Assembly (NCBI GenBank): GCA_023247825.1
Contig: JAHFFR010000001.1
Coordinates: 23,009-87,008, forward strand
Length of the DNA: 64,000 nt
Reading direction: 5' to 3'
Source: Candidatus Omnitrophota bacterium
Lineage (GTDB): Bacteria > Omnitrophota > Gorgyraeia > Gygaellales > Profunditerraquicolaceae
Both the position numbers and the translations under genes were made by a program. The first letter of the stretch is position 1; every line of letters starts with the position of its first letter. The notes beneath the pieces were generated by a model. That model saw nothing but the letters and a program-made list of their open reading frames with translations. It did not search any database and had not been told where the DNA came from. Positions 9,493 through 18,723 of the stretch are shown here, piece after piece.

Positions 9493-10164
9493 CTAATCCG
9501 CGATAAACCACCAATAATCCCCGCTATAGCCGACTTCAGCGAACAGCTTCTTCCATTCGTCAACATGCATCATTGTTTCAGCAGTAAGTACCCACTTAAA
9601 GAGGTTAACGCGCTCCTGCTCGTTGCGCCAGGCGTCAATGGTAATATAGCTATTCCCGCGGCAGACACGCTGAATTTCCCGCAGGGATATTTTAAGACGC
9701 TCAAGAGAAAGATTGTGGATCGAATTAATAGAAATCACTAAATCAAAAGATTTATCGGGATAAGGCAATTTTTCAGCGCTGGCGATTTTCAGAAACGGTT
9801 TTACGGAAGCCATGGCGTTCTCGATCGCGTATTCACTGACGTCTATGCCGGCAACGGTTGCCTGCGGCATCAACTCCTTAAAATCATGAAGCATAAAACC
9901 TTTAGCGCAGCCGATATCAAGAATCGCGGCATTATCCGGCAGATGATAAAAATTCTTTATCAGCTTTACGACCGTCCTCCAGCGGCCATCATATTTATAA
10001 CCACCATAGCCACATCTCCTATCACCATCGAAGAAATCCCGACTGAATTGCTTGGCTAACTTAATAATTTCCTGTGTCTTTTCACGTGCACGCTTATCAT
10101 AATCACGCGCGGTTTTTGGATAGCTATCCAATAAATTTATTTCACTCATAATTTTAATTTTCAA
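9493..10164 (-). CDS. Class I SAM-dependent methyltransferase
   Basis: Motif I is ILDIGCAKGFML. 223 aa. Confidence 0.7.
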   Translation of the reverse strand: MKIKIMSEINLLDSYPKTARDYDKRAREKTQEIIKLAKQFSRDFFDGDRRCGYGGYKYDGRWRTVVKLIKNFYHLPDNAAILDIGCAKGFMLHDFKELMPQATVAGIDVSEYAIENAMASVKPFLKIASAEKLPYPDKSFDLVISINSIHNLSLERLKISLREIQRVCRGNSYITIDAWRNEQERVNLFKWVLTAETMMHVDEWKKLFAEVGYSGDYWWFIAD

Positions 10165-10172
10165 TTAAATCT

Positions 10173-11093
10173 CTAAAATAATTCAGACTTTACCTTTTGT
10201 ACAATATTATCCACGGTAAACCCAAGAAGTTCACAAATATCTGCATAAGAGCCATAATCCCTGACAAAGATATCAGGTATAGCAATAAATGAATATTTTA
10301 TACCAGCCAGATCTTTAGTAATTCTGAGGACTTCATCGCCCATTCCTCCATACATACTATGCTCTTCTATAACAATAACTTTCTTGGTATTTTTAACACT
10401 TTCCAGTATCAATTTCTGATCAAAAGGTTTAATGGTGTGCATATAAATTATCTCTGCATCAAAACCAAACTTCTTCAATAACTCAGAGGCATCCAACGCA
10501 GTTTTTAACTGAGGGCCAGTGACTACAATAGTTAGATCGTTACCCTTCGTAACCTTTATCCCCTTTCCTGATATAAGCTGCTCTTTGCTAAAAATAAAAT
10601 CATGGGATAACCTAGGGATACGAAAATAGGATACCTTTCCATTGTTATACGTTTGTTTAAAAAGGGTAATAAGTTCTATTGGGGAAGCGGGAAAAAATAT
10701 CTGAGTATCGGGTAGCGGTTTTAACAAAGCGAAATCAACGTAACAATGATGAGTACATCCAAGAGTTGAATAATCAAAAGCGCTGCCGACAGTAATAATA
10801 TTAACTCCCAGCTCTTGATAACAAAAATCTAGCTTTATCTGCTCATACGACCTTTCTACAATAAACGGAGCGATGGTATGTACAACTGGATAAAAACCCA
10901 ACATCGATAAACCAGCTGCCATATTTACAATGGTTGGCTCGCAAATACCAATATTATAATATCTACCCTGGCATGCCTTAGCAAAATCCAGAAGCCTAAA
11001 ATGGCTTATGTCACCAACCATAACCACAAGGTTTTCATCCTTCTTACCTACCTCAAGGAGCGTATCAGCAAACTCCTCACGCATATCCTTCAT
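10173..11093 (-). CDS. Transketolase, C-terminal (pyrimidine-binding) subunit of a split transketolase
   Basis: Transketolase pyrimidine-binding/C-terminal domain pattern. Its start overlaps the stop of the N-terminal subunit gene by 4 bp. Confidence 0.85.
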   Translation of the reverse strand: MKDMREEFADTLLEVGKKDENLVVMVGDISHFRLLDFAKACQGRYYNIGICEPTIVNMAAGLSMLGFYPVVHTIAPFIVERSYEQIKLDFCYQELGVNIITVGSAFDYSTLGCTHHCYVDFALLKPLPDTQIFFPASPIELITLFKQTYNNGKVSYFRIPRLSHDFIFSKEQLISGKGIKVTKGNDLTIVVTGPQLKTALDASELLKKFGFDAEIIYMHTIKPFDQKLILESVKNTKKVIVIEEHSMYGGMGDEVLRITKDLAGIKYSFIAIPDIFVRDYGSYADICELLGFTVDNIVQKVKSELF

Positions 11094-11878
11094 AAGGCAA
11101 GCTCCTTATAGATTAATTCTAATTCTTCTTTATTGGGAACTTTATAATGCCACGGCCCATGCGTTTCCATAAACTTAACCCCTTTACCTTTTACAGTATC
11201 AGCGATTATAACTTTGGGCTTTGCATTAAAGTCAAACTTTGTTTCTTTGAATACTCTCTCAATCTCTTCCTCTTTATGACCATTAATTCTATGCACTTCC
11301 CAACCAAAAGAGCTCCATTTATCAGAAAGATTTGAAACAGGCAAGACCTGAGTCGTGGAACCATTGTTATCTATTATACAACAAAAGTTACCCAATTTTA
11401 AATTTGCTGCTACTAAAGCTGTTTCCCAGACGGTTCCTTCATTGCATTCTCCATCTCCAACAAGCGCTATGACTTTATTTCTTTTATTCCTTATCTTAAG
11501 ACCCAAAGCAATACCCATTGCTGTAACAATGCCATGCCCTAAGGAACCAGTACACGCCTCAACCCCCGGAACTTTTGTCCTATCAGGGTGCCCTCCCAAA
11601 ATTGCGCCTTTTTTGCTCTTATTATCTAAATCATCCTGAAGAATAAAGCCATGTTTTTCCAAAACTACATAAAGAGCTGCGCAACCGTGCCCTTTACTTA
11701 AAATGAAATAATCTCTCCCATCCCAAAGTGGATTTTTAGGGTTAAACTTAATGACCTTATCATATAAGTATGCGATTATATCAATTATTGAGAAAGCGCT
11801 TGGAATATGCCCCTCTCCAGCCTTATAAACCATATCTACTATCTTTTTGCGCAATTCTTTATTCATCATGTTATTCAT
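11090..11878 (-). CDS. Transketolase, N-terminal (ThDP-binding) subunit
   Basis: GHPDRTKVPGVEACTGSLGHG and GDGECNEG ThDP-binding motifs. Confidence 0.85.
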   Translation of the reverse strand: MNNMMNKELRKKIVDMVYKAGEGHIPSAFSIIDIIAYLYDKVIKFNPKNPLWDGRDYFILSKGHGCAALYVVLEKHGFILQDDLDNKSKKGAILGGHPDRTKVPGVEACTGSLGHGIVTAMGIALGLKIRNKRNKVIALVGDGECNEGTVWETALVAANLKLGNFCCIIDNNGSTTQVLPVSNLSDKWSSFGWEVHRINGHKEEEIERVFKETKFDFNAKPKVIIADTVKGKGVKFMETHGPWHYKVPNKEELELIYKELAL

Positions 11879-11901
11879 TTAATCTTCTTAAATTTTTAAT
11901 A

Positions 11902-12678
11902 CTACTGTCCAAAATATCCTCTTCCTTGCCCGCCATCAACAGGAATAATACTTCCAGTATTAAAAGAAGCTAATTCTGAACAAAGAAAAACCACAAAATT
12001 ACCAATTTCCTCTGGGCTTCCGAAACGGCCTATTCTTTGCCTCTCAGCTAAAAATCTCTTTACGTGTTTGGGATTACTTTTAGAAACTTGATCCCAATAG
12101 CCACCTTTTGTAAAAACAGCTCCCGGTAAAACAGCAGAAACAACTACACCATCAGGAGCAACTACTCCCCCAAAGCTCCTAGTATAAGCGGTCAAAGCGG
12201 CTTTCATGGCGCAATAAGTTACCGGGCCATGATTTTCCATAGCTGAGATAGAAGAGATATGAATTACCCTACCCCATTTATTTTTCTGAAGATAAGGAAC
12301 AATTAGGCTATTAATCTCAACTGCTACTTCAAAATTAAAACGATATACTCTTCTCCATTGCTGTATAGAACAAAACGGATCTTTAATGTCAAGGGTTCCT
12401 CCTAAATTATGCACAATGATCTCAGGAATCCCAAAACTTTTTCTTAATTTATTAAAAAGCAACCGCGGGGATTTTTCTTTCTCAAGATCAAGAACTACAG
12501 CAATATGGTTCTTGCTCCCGCCAGGCATTTTAGCGATTAAACTATTGAGATCGGCCTTAGACCTGGAAACAACAGCAATACGCGCGCCTTCATTTGCTAA
12601 ACCAAGCGCAATAACGTTTCCAATCCCCCTACCACTACCTGTTACTAAAGCTAACTTGCCCTTAATTCCAAGCTCCAT
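11902..12678 (-). CDS. Classical short-chain dehydrogenase/reductase (SDR)
   Basis: TGSGRGIGNVIA glycine-rich motif. 258 aa. Confidence 0.8.
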   Translation of the reverse strand: MELGIKGKLALVTGSGRGIGNVIALGLANEGARIAVVSRSKADLNSLIAKMPGGSKNHIAVVLDLEKEKSPRLLFNKLRKSFGIPEIIVHNLGGTLDIKDPFCSIQQWRRVYRFNFEVAVEINSLIVPYLQKNKWGRVIHISSISAMENHGPVTYCAMKAALTAYTRSFGGVVAPDGVVVSAVLPGAVFTKGGYWDQVSKSNPKHVKRFLAERQRIGRFGSPEEIGNFVVFLCSELASFNTGSIIPVDGGQGRGYFGQ

Positions 12679-12694
12679 CCCGCACCTCTTTTCA

Positions 12695-13897
12695 TTAAAT
12701 GTTGTGAAAAGGATAGATAATATTCTTCGGCCTAATAGATAAAAGTTTAGTCATAATTGGTTTCACATTGTCCACTGCAGTTATAAAAACATTTGAATTA
12801 CTTAGCACATCATTTTTGATTTTACCGGAATAACAAATTTGCACGGGCAAATTAACGTAATACTTTCCGTCTTTTTTTACATCATCATCCAATAGCGCTT
12901 TTAAAAAAGTAAAATCTGTTCCCAAATGGTAACCTAAAATCGGCAGCATCATTGCCGCCCCATATCCGTAAATGCCAGAATTGGATAGTTTCTTTAATAA
13001 CTGCATTACATTGTCCATCTGTTTATGAAAAATAGATACTCGTTCTCTAATTTCATTTTTCTGGTAATTAAATTTAAATATTCTTTTTTTGGACCTGCTC
13101 TTTTTAAAAGCCACTACCATCGCCCCCCAGTTATGATAATTTTTAGTCCAGGAAATTATTTCTGCTCCACTCATACTCAAAATACACTCAAAAGAAGCAA
13201 GACTAAAATACTGCAGATGCTCATGAAAAACCTGATCAAAACGATATCTTTCAATTAAAGTTTCAAAACAAGGTGTTTCAAAAATAAAAATGGTGTCCTC
13301 ATCTGCAAACTCCATTAATTTTCTAATAACAATTTCTGGTTCAAAGATGTGTTCGATTGCATGCCTGCAGAATACAATATCCGGCTTAGAAATTATATCT
13401 TTCTCAAATTCGACATCTTCAATCGTCTTACCTAAAACCCTTGTTCCATCAGATAAATTACCGGTGTTTTTTTGATTCCAGATAGGATCTATGCCTAAAC
13501 GCTTTCTTATAAAAGACGCTGCCTCATTCAACAAATACAGATCATTACATCCAACATCGATGCCATAATTCAAAATCTTTTTACCAATTAATGATTTTAA
13601 AAAATTCAATAAGAAGTTTGTTCCTTCTTTTGCGCTAGCACTTGCCGAGGTCCTAAAAGTATATTTATCAGAATCATACAATATAACCGGATTAACCTGA
13701 TGCAATAACTGGCCCTGTCCGCATTTCGGACACCATAATAATTTCTGATTAACCCCTTGAACAGGCAAACTTTGTTTTTTATTTGAAAAAAAACCTGTTA
13801 AAGGCAGATTTGGTAAATCTAAGATACTAACAAGATTACCATAACCGCAAATACTACAACCTTCCCTTGTTTTAACTATAATATTATTAAATTTCAT
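12695..13897 (-). CDS. C-methyltransferase-family protein (Zn-ribbon plus class I MTase plus C-MTase C-terminal domain), a TylC3-like NDP-sugar C-methyltransferase candidate
   Basis: N-terminal CxxC...CxxC motif (CSICGYGN...CPKCGQG) and motif I (IDVGCNDLYLL). A paralogue of 27383..28633. Confidence 0.6.
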   Translation of the reverse strand: MKFNNIIVKTREGCSICGYGNLVSILDLPNLPLTGFFSNKKQSLPVQGVNQKLLWCPKCGQGQLLHQVNPVILYDSDKYTFRTSASASAKEGTNFLLNFLKSLIGKKILNYGIDVGCNDLYLLNEAASFIRKRLGIDPIWNQKNTGNLSDGTRVLGKTIEDVEFEKDIISKPDIVFCRHAIEHIFEPEIVIRKLMEFADEDTIFIFETPCFETLIERYRFDQVFHEHLQYFSLASFECILSMSGAEIISWTKNYHNWGAMVVAFKKSRSKKRIFKFNYQKNEIRERVSIFHKQMDNVMQLLKKLSNSGIYGYGAAMMLPILGYHLGTDFTFLKALLDDDVKKDGKYYVNLPVQICYSGKIKNDVLSNSNVFITAVDNVKPIMTKLLSIRPKNIIYPFHNI

Positions 13898-13928
13898 AAA
13901 TGTTGTTTAGGTTTATTTAATTTCTAAA

Positions 13929-14126
13929 TTAAAATGGCCCCTTAAACCAGCCTCCCGGCACATCACTACCGTTACTAGAATCAGTGACGGCTTCCACGGG
14001 GACCCGAAACATAGCCGCGGCTATCCGAGTGATATCCACGGCTCGGGGATAATAGTGTTTCGCCAGCTCCCAGCTTGCTGGCGTCGGTAGATCCGGAAAC
14101 GCGACTCGTCGTGGAGCGCATTTCAA
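13929..14126 (-). pseudogene. Remnant encoding only the C-terminal ~65 aa of an E1-beta (ThDP enzyme) subunit
   Basis: VAFPDLPTPASWELAKHYYPRAVDI aligns with the C-terminus of the intact E1-beta at 15724..16779 (ITFPDVPTPTSPALAKYYYPRAVDI). The fragment is visibly more GC-rich than its surroundings. Confidence 0.6.
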
Positions 14127-14233
14127 GCTGTCGAGGCATTTTTCCGCTGCCAGCGCTTTCCTATATCGCTACCTATACCAAGAATACCAAGAATAAAAAC
14201 ATTTTTTGTGACTGTCTTCTTTCCGACCATATT

Positions 14234-15724
14234 CTATTTTCCTGAAGAAGGCATAATATTTTTGACCATGCTGTTTACGCCCAGATTTCGCCTGGTGTTC
14301 ATTCGCCAATCTTCTAATTCTGCCATCGTGATGCCGTTTATTCTAGCAACAGCCTTTTTTCTTTCTGGAGAAGAAAAATTTATCCTATCCCATTCGAACG
14401 AACGCAAAACCTCAAGCTCAAACGTTGTAAATTCTTTTGTTGATATAAGCCCTTTTCCATAACCTGAATATCTTGACATATTCTTAATGTAATCTTTTGG
14501 CAATAGGCCTTTGCGCACACATATATCCATCAACTCTGTTTTAGGCAACGGTGTCGCTATGTGAAAATTTACTATGTCTACGTCCAATTTTTCAGCAAAG
14601 GCAAATGTTTCGCGAATCTCATGCCAGGTTTCACCTGGAAAGCCTACGACGAAATTAGCAAGTATATTGAAACCCATGGACTTGGCAAGCTTAAGCGTCG
14701 AGGGGACGCTTTCCAGCTTTATAGGTTTTTTTATAATATTTTTAAGAACACGCTGATTGCCTGATTCTATTGAGACGGTTATAAAATTACATCCACTTTT
14801 ATACATAAGCTTCAGAATCTCTTCGTCAAGCATCCAGACGGTAACATTAACGCATTTCCAGGTCAGATCCTTATGGTTTCCCAAGATGCCTTTCATTATT
14901 TTTATAGCCCGGTCCCTGTCCACCAGGAAATGGTCATCCAAGAAAACCACCTCTCTGATACCCTGTTTATAGAGGCTATCGATTTCATTAAGTACGTTCT
15001 CCGCGCTCCTGAATCGCATTTTCTCGCCGCTCACCGTCTTACCGGCACAGAATATGCATCTGTAGGGGCAGCCCCTGGAAGTAATGGTAACAGCCGATGG
15101 ATAATTTCGCGCCAGTAGCCCCGGGGCATACTTGAATTTAATATTGCCGTAATCGCGCAGGGCGGTCTCGATAATAGACGAATAATCCGGAAATGGGACC
15201 TCGTCGAGATCGCTTACAAATTCCATTTTGTTTATAACCGGCTCAGCGCCCTGCCAATAAGCCAAGCCGCTGATATCGAAAGAATCTTTTGAGCCTCTGC
15301 GCAATTTTTCTATAAGAAGCGGGAAAGAACGTTCCCCTTCGCCCATGATCCAGTAGTCAACAGACTTATCCTTCATGGCCTCTTCTATCATTACCGTAGG
15401 GATCACGCCGCCAAAAACAATCACCGTTTTCGGAAGGTATTTCCGGATAAGCGCTATCATATGCCGGGTAACGCTAAAATATTCCGTGGAAACAGAGCTA
15501 ACCCCGACTAAATCGGGGTTGATCTTCTTTAGAAACTTTGCGGTCTCTCCCTCGGACAAGTTCTTAAAATTCGGGTCAAGCACTATAACTTCCTCCGCAA
15601 GGTCTTTAATTACGGCTTTTAACAAACATAGAGTATAGGGCGGAAATAGCCACGTCCTTTTGGAAAGCCATGCGTAATTAGGTTGCGTTAAAAGTATTTT
15701 TTCGATTTTTCTTCGTCGTATCAT
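14234..15724 (-). CDS. Cobalamin-binding radical SAM enzyme (class B)
   Basis: An N-terminal B12-binding-like domain followed by CPYRCIFCAG (CxxxCxxC). 496 aa. Confidence 0.85.
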   Translation of the reverse strand: MIRRRKIEKILLTQPNYAWLSKRTWLFPPYTLCLLKAVIKDLAEEVIVLDPNFKNLSEGETAKFLKKINPDLVGVSSVSTEYFSVTRHMIALIRKYLPKTVIVFGGVIPTVMIEEAMKDKSVDYWIMGEGERSFPLLIEKLRRGSKDSFDISGLAYWQGAEPVINKMEFVSDLDEVPFPDYSSIIETALRDYGNIKFKYAPGLLARNYPSAVTITSRGCPYRCIFCAGKTVSGEKMRFRSAENVLNEIDSLYKQGIREVVFLDDHFLVDRDRAIKIMKGILGNHKDLTWKCVNVTVWMLDEEILKLMYKSGCNFITVSIESGNQRVLKNIIKKPIKLESVPSTLKLAKSMGFNILANFVVGFPGETWHEIRETFAFAEKLDVDIVNFHIATPLPKTELMDICVRKGLLPKDYIKNMSRYSGYGKGLISTKEFTTFELEVLRSFEWDRINFSSPERKKAVARINGITMAELEDWRMNTRRNLGVNSMVKNIMPSSGK

Positions 15725-16779
15725 TAAAAAGGACCTGTGAATGTTTTATCAGGTATATCCAGCGGAACATTAGTAGTCATTTCTCCTTCTTCCTCTAATT
15801 TTCTAAAGAGATTAAACATAGGTCTTATGCTATTAACAATATCTACTGCTCTAGGATAATAATATTTTGCCAAAGCCGGGCTTGTAGGTGTCGGTACATC
15901 GGGAAATGTAATACGTTGAGGTTTAGCCTTAAATATCCCATGTCCTTTTTCTGCCACCAAAGCGATAACCTCTGCGGCAATGCTACAACTACGCCAAACC
16001 CCATCCACTACAACCAAGCGACCAGTTTTTGTTACTGATTTTACTATGGATTCCTCATCTAAAGGCCTGATTGTGCGCAGGTCTATAACTTCTGCATCTA
16101 TATCGTCTTCCCTTAGCATCTCTGATGCGCGCATTGCCTCCAAAACCATGTATGACGAAGAAATAATAGTAATATCCTTGCCTTCCCTGGTTATTTTGGC
16201 TTTATGCAAAGGCTCTCTATACATCTTTTCAGGAACATAGTCTGATATGCCATAAAGCCAACGATGTTCGATGAAAATCACAGGATTATCATCTTCAACC
16301 GCCGAAATCAATAGTCCTTTAGCATCATAAGCGGTAACAGGCATAACCACCTTAAGGCCGGGAATATGAGCGAATAATGACTGCAGGCTTTGTGAATGCT
16401 GAGGCCCCTGTCCCCATCCACGTCCGATAAGCATACGGATTACCAACGGAACTTTCATTTTTCCACCGAACATATAATGCCATTTAGCGGCATTATTGAT
16501 GATTTGATCTAAAGACAAGATCATAAAATCAACACGCTGATGCGTTAAGATCGGACGCATTCCCATTAAGCAGGAGCCTATTGCTACTCCGGTCATAGCA
16601 TTTTCAGCAACAGGCATATCCATAAGTCTATTGCCATATTTTTTTTCAAGCCCAAGAGTAGTCCCGAATACTCCTTTCGGGTCGGTTACGCCTAATCCCA
16701 TGATATAAACCGACTTGTCCTTAGCCAAACATTGATCGGTTGCTTCTAAAATAGCCTGTGCGTAAGTGAGTTTTCTCAT
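15724..16779 (-). CDS. ThDP-dependent dehydrogenase E1 component, beta subunit-like
   Basis: Transketolase-like pyrimidine-binding and C-terminal domains. 351 aa. Forms a pair with the alpha subunit upstream. Confidence 0.85.
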   Translation of the reverse strand: MRKLTYAQAILEATDQCLAKDKSVYIMGLGVTDPKGVFGTTLGLEKKYGNRLMDMPVAENAMTGVAIGSCLMGMRPILTHQRVDFMILSLDQIINNAAKWHYMFGGKMKVPLVIRMLIGRGWGQGPQHSQSLQSLFAHIPGLKVVMPVTAYDAKGLLISAVEDDNPVIFIEHRWLYGISDYVPEKMYREPLHKAKITREGKDITIISSSYMVLEAMRASEMLREDDIDAEVIDLRTIRPLDEESIVKSVTKTGRLVVVDGVWRSCSIAAEVIALVAEKGHGIFKAKPQRITFPDVPTPTSPALAKYYYPRAVDIVNSIRPMFNLFRKLEEEGEMTTNVPLDIPDKTFTGPF

Positions 16780-16790
16780 TTTATCGGTTA

Positions 16791-17762
16791 TTAAGCGTAA
16801 AGGTCAGAAAAAATCTCTTTCCTCGCGGGAAAGGGAGAATCTTTCGCAAAATTTACTGCTTCATTTATTTCCTTCTCGATTGTTTTCTTAATACACTCGG
16901 TCTGCTCCGTATTAAGTATTTTCTGCCGGAACAACTTTTTCTCAAAATTATCCAACGGGCACCTCTTATACCAATGTCTGAATTCATTTTCGCTTCTATA
17001 GCCAAGATCATTGTCGAAATTATGCCCGCAGTGTTCACGGTATCTGTAGGTATCGAACTGTAAAAATGAAGGCCCTTGGCCTTGCCTTGCGAGTTTGATT
17101 GCCCTTTCTGCTTTCTGGTAAACAGCGGCTACGTTATTGCCGTCGCACTTTTCAGCACGCATTCCGTAGCCATTGGCAATTTTCAAATTATCTCTTTTTT
17201 TCGGCTGACGCACTAATAACGGTGAATATACCGAATACAGGTTATTTTCGCATACAAAAACTACCGGCAATTTTTTTAATGAAGCGAAGTTTAAACTTTC
17301 AGAGAATACGCCTTCTTCAGTAGCGGCATCCCCGAAAAAAGCAGCAGTTACTTTTTTCTCTTTCTTCATAGCCGCTCCAAACGCAACACCTACGGCTACC
17401 GGAATCACTCCAGCTACTATGGGCGTAGAACCAAGAAAATTAACGCTTAAATCCACTAAATGCATAGAACCGCCCTTACCCTTTGAGCACCCCGAAGCCT
17501 TACCATAGATTTCAGCCATCATTGCCTTTAAATCTCCACCCTTGGCTAAAAAATGCCCATGGCTTCTATGATTACTTAATACATAGTCATCCTTCTTCAG
17601 GTTCGCGCATACCCCTGCAGCTACCCCCTCCTGCCCTATGCAAATGTGCACCGGACAGCGCATCTCCTGTTCAGGATATAATTCACAAATTTTTTCCTCT
17701 ACCATACGAATCCGCAACATTTGATAATATAATGAAAGGTATACTTTTTTATTTATTTTCAT
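16791..17762 (-). CDS. ThDP-dependent dehydrogenase E1 component, alpha subunit-like
   Basis: GKGGSMHL motif and the E1-alpha ThDP-binding fold. 323 aa. Confidence 0.85.
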   Translation of the reverse strand: MKINKKVYLSLYYQMLRIRMVEEKICELYPEQEMRCPVHICIGQEGVAAGVCANLKKDDYVLSNHRSHGHFLAKGGDLKAMMAEIYGKASGCSKGKGGSMHLVDLSVNFLGSTPIVAGVIPVAVGVAFGAAMKKEKKVTAAFFGDAATEEGVFSESLNFASLKKLPVVFVCENNLYSVYSPLLVRQPKKRDNLKIANGYGMRAEKCDGNNVAAVYQKAERAIKLARQGQGPSFLQFDTYRYREHCGHNFDNDLGYRSENEFRHWYKRCPLDNFEKKLFRQKILNTEQTECIKKTIEKEINEAVNFAKDSPFPARKEIFSDLYA

Positions 17763-17767
17763 AGATA

Positions 17768-18706
17768 TTAAAGCTTAAGCGTCTTCATTGTTTTTATATT
17801 ATACCATCGGTCTTCATCCTTTAGATGGCCTGCTTGGAATTCATTAACAAGTTCTTTTATCGCATCGTCAACGCTGTACTTCTGCCTAAACCCCGCGGCA
17901 CGCAACTTATCTGAACAAAGCCTGTAAGAACGAGGGTCATTTGATTCGCTAATAATAATTTCTGCCGGCACTTGAGTAACGATCTTCTTTGCTATATCTA
18001 AGATAGATATATTCTCAAAACCAGCGTTATAGATACCTTCTATTTTATCTCCCATTTTGAGAAGATATGAATATACCGCAACCATATCTTTAATATGTAT
18101 ATTTGGACGTACCTGGCTCCCTCCTAAAACCGTAATTTTACGGTTAGCTAAAGCCTGAACGGTCAGCATATTTACCGAGAGGTCAAGCCTCATCCTTGGA
18201 GAATAACCACAAACCGTGGCCGGCCTGACACATTGAATTAAAATTTTATCCCGGTAGCTTATAAGCACTCTTTCGCTTATCATTTTAGTTTTGTTATAGT
18301 CGGAAATCGGAACCAGAGAAAGTTCTTCCGTCACATCCGATTCTTCTTTGACCCCATATACACTTCCTGAGCTTGCATATATAAACTGCTTCACCTTGTT
18401 ACTGATAGCGCGCTCAACCAAGCGCATAGTTGCTAAAACATTAACATCCCAGCTAAGTTGAGAATCCAATTCACTACAAGGATCGTTAGCCACGTTGGCC
18501 AAATGTATAACGACGTCTATCGCCTGCATGGGTATTTTTTCAACATTACGCACATCTTCCCGGATAACTCTCAGGTTCTTGTGTTCCTTGAGAAAATTAC
18601 CAAACCACATTATATCGACTACGGTAACATGATGCCCATCACCCAGAAGAGTCTCAGTAAGAATAGTCCCGATATAACCACAGCCGCCCAGCACAAGTAT
18701 CTTCAT
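17768..18706 (-). CDS. NAD-dependent epimerase/dehydratase (extended SDR)
   Basis: MKILVLGGCGYIG and YNKTK (YxxxK) motifs. Confidence 0.8.
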   Translation of the reverse strand: MKILVLGGCGYIGTILTETLLGDGHHVTVVDIMWFGNFLKEHKNLRVIREDVRNVEKIPMQAIDVVIHLANVANDPCSELDSQLSWDVNVLATMRLVERAISNKVKQFIYASSGSVYGVKEESDVTEELSLVPISDYNKTKMISERVLISYRDKILIQCVRPATVCGYSPRMRLDLSVNMLTVQALANRKITVLGGSQVRPNIHIKDMVAVYSYLLKMGDKIEGIYNAGFENISILDIAKKIVTQVPAEIIISESNDPRSYRLCSDKLRAAGFRQKYSVDDAIKELVNEFQAGHLKDEDRWYNIKTMKTLKL

Positions 18707-18723
18707 ATGTTTACCATGTCTAC

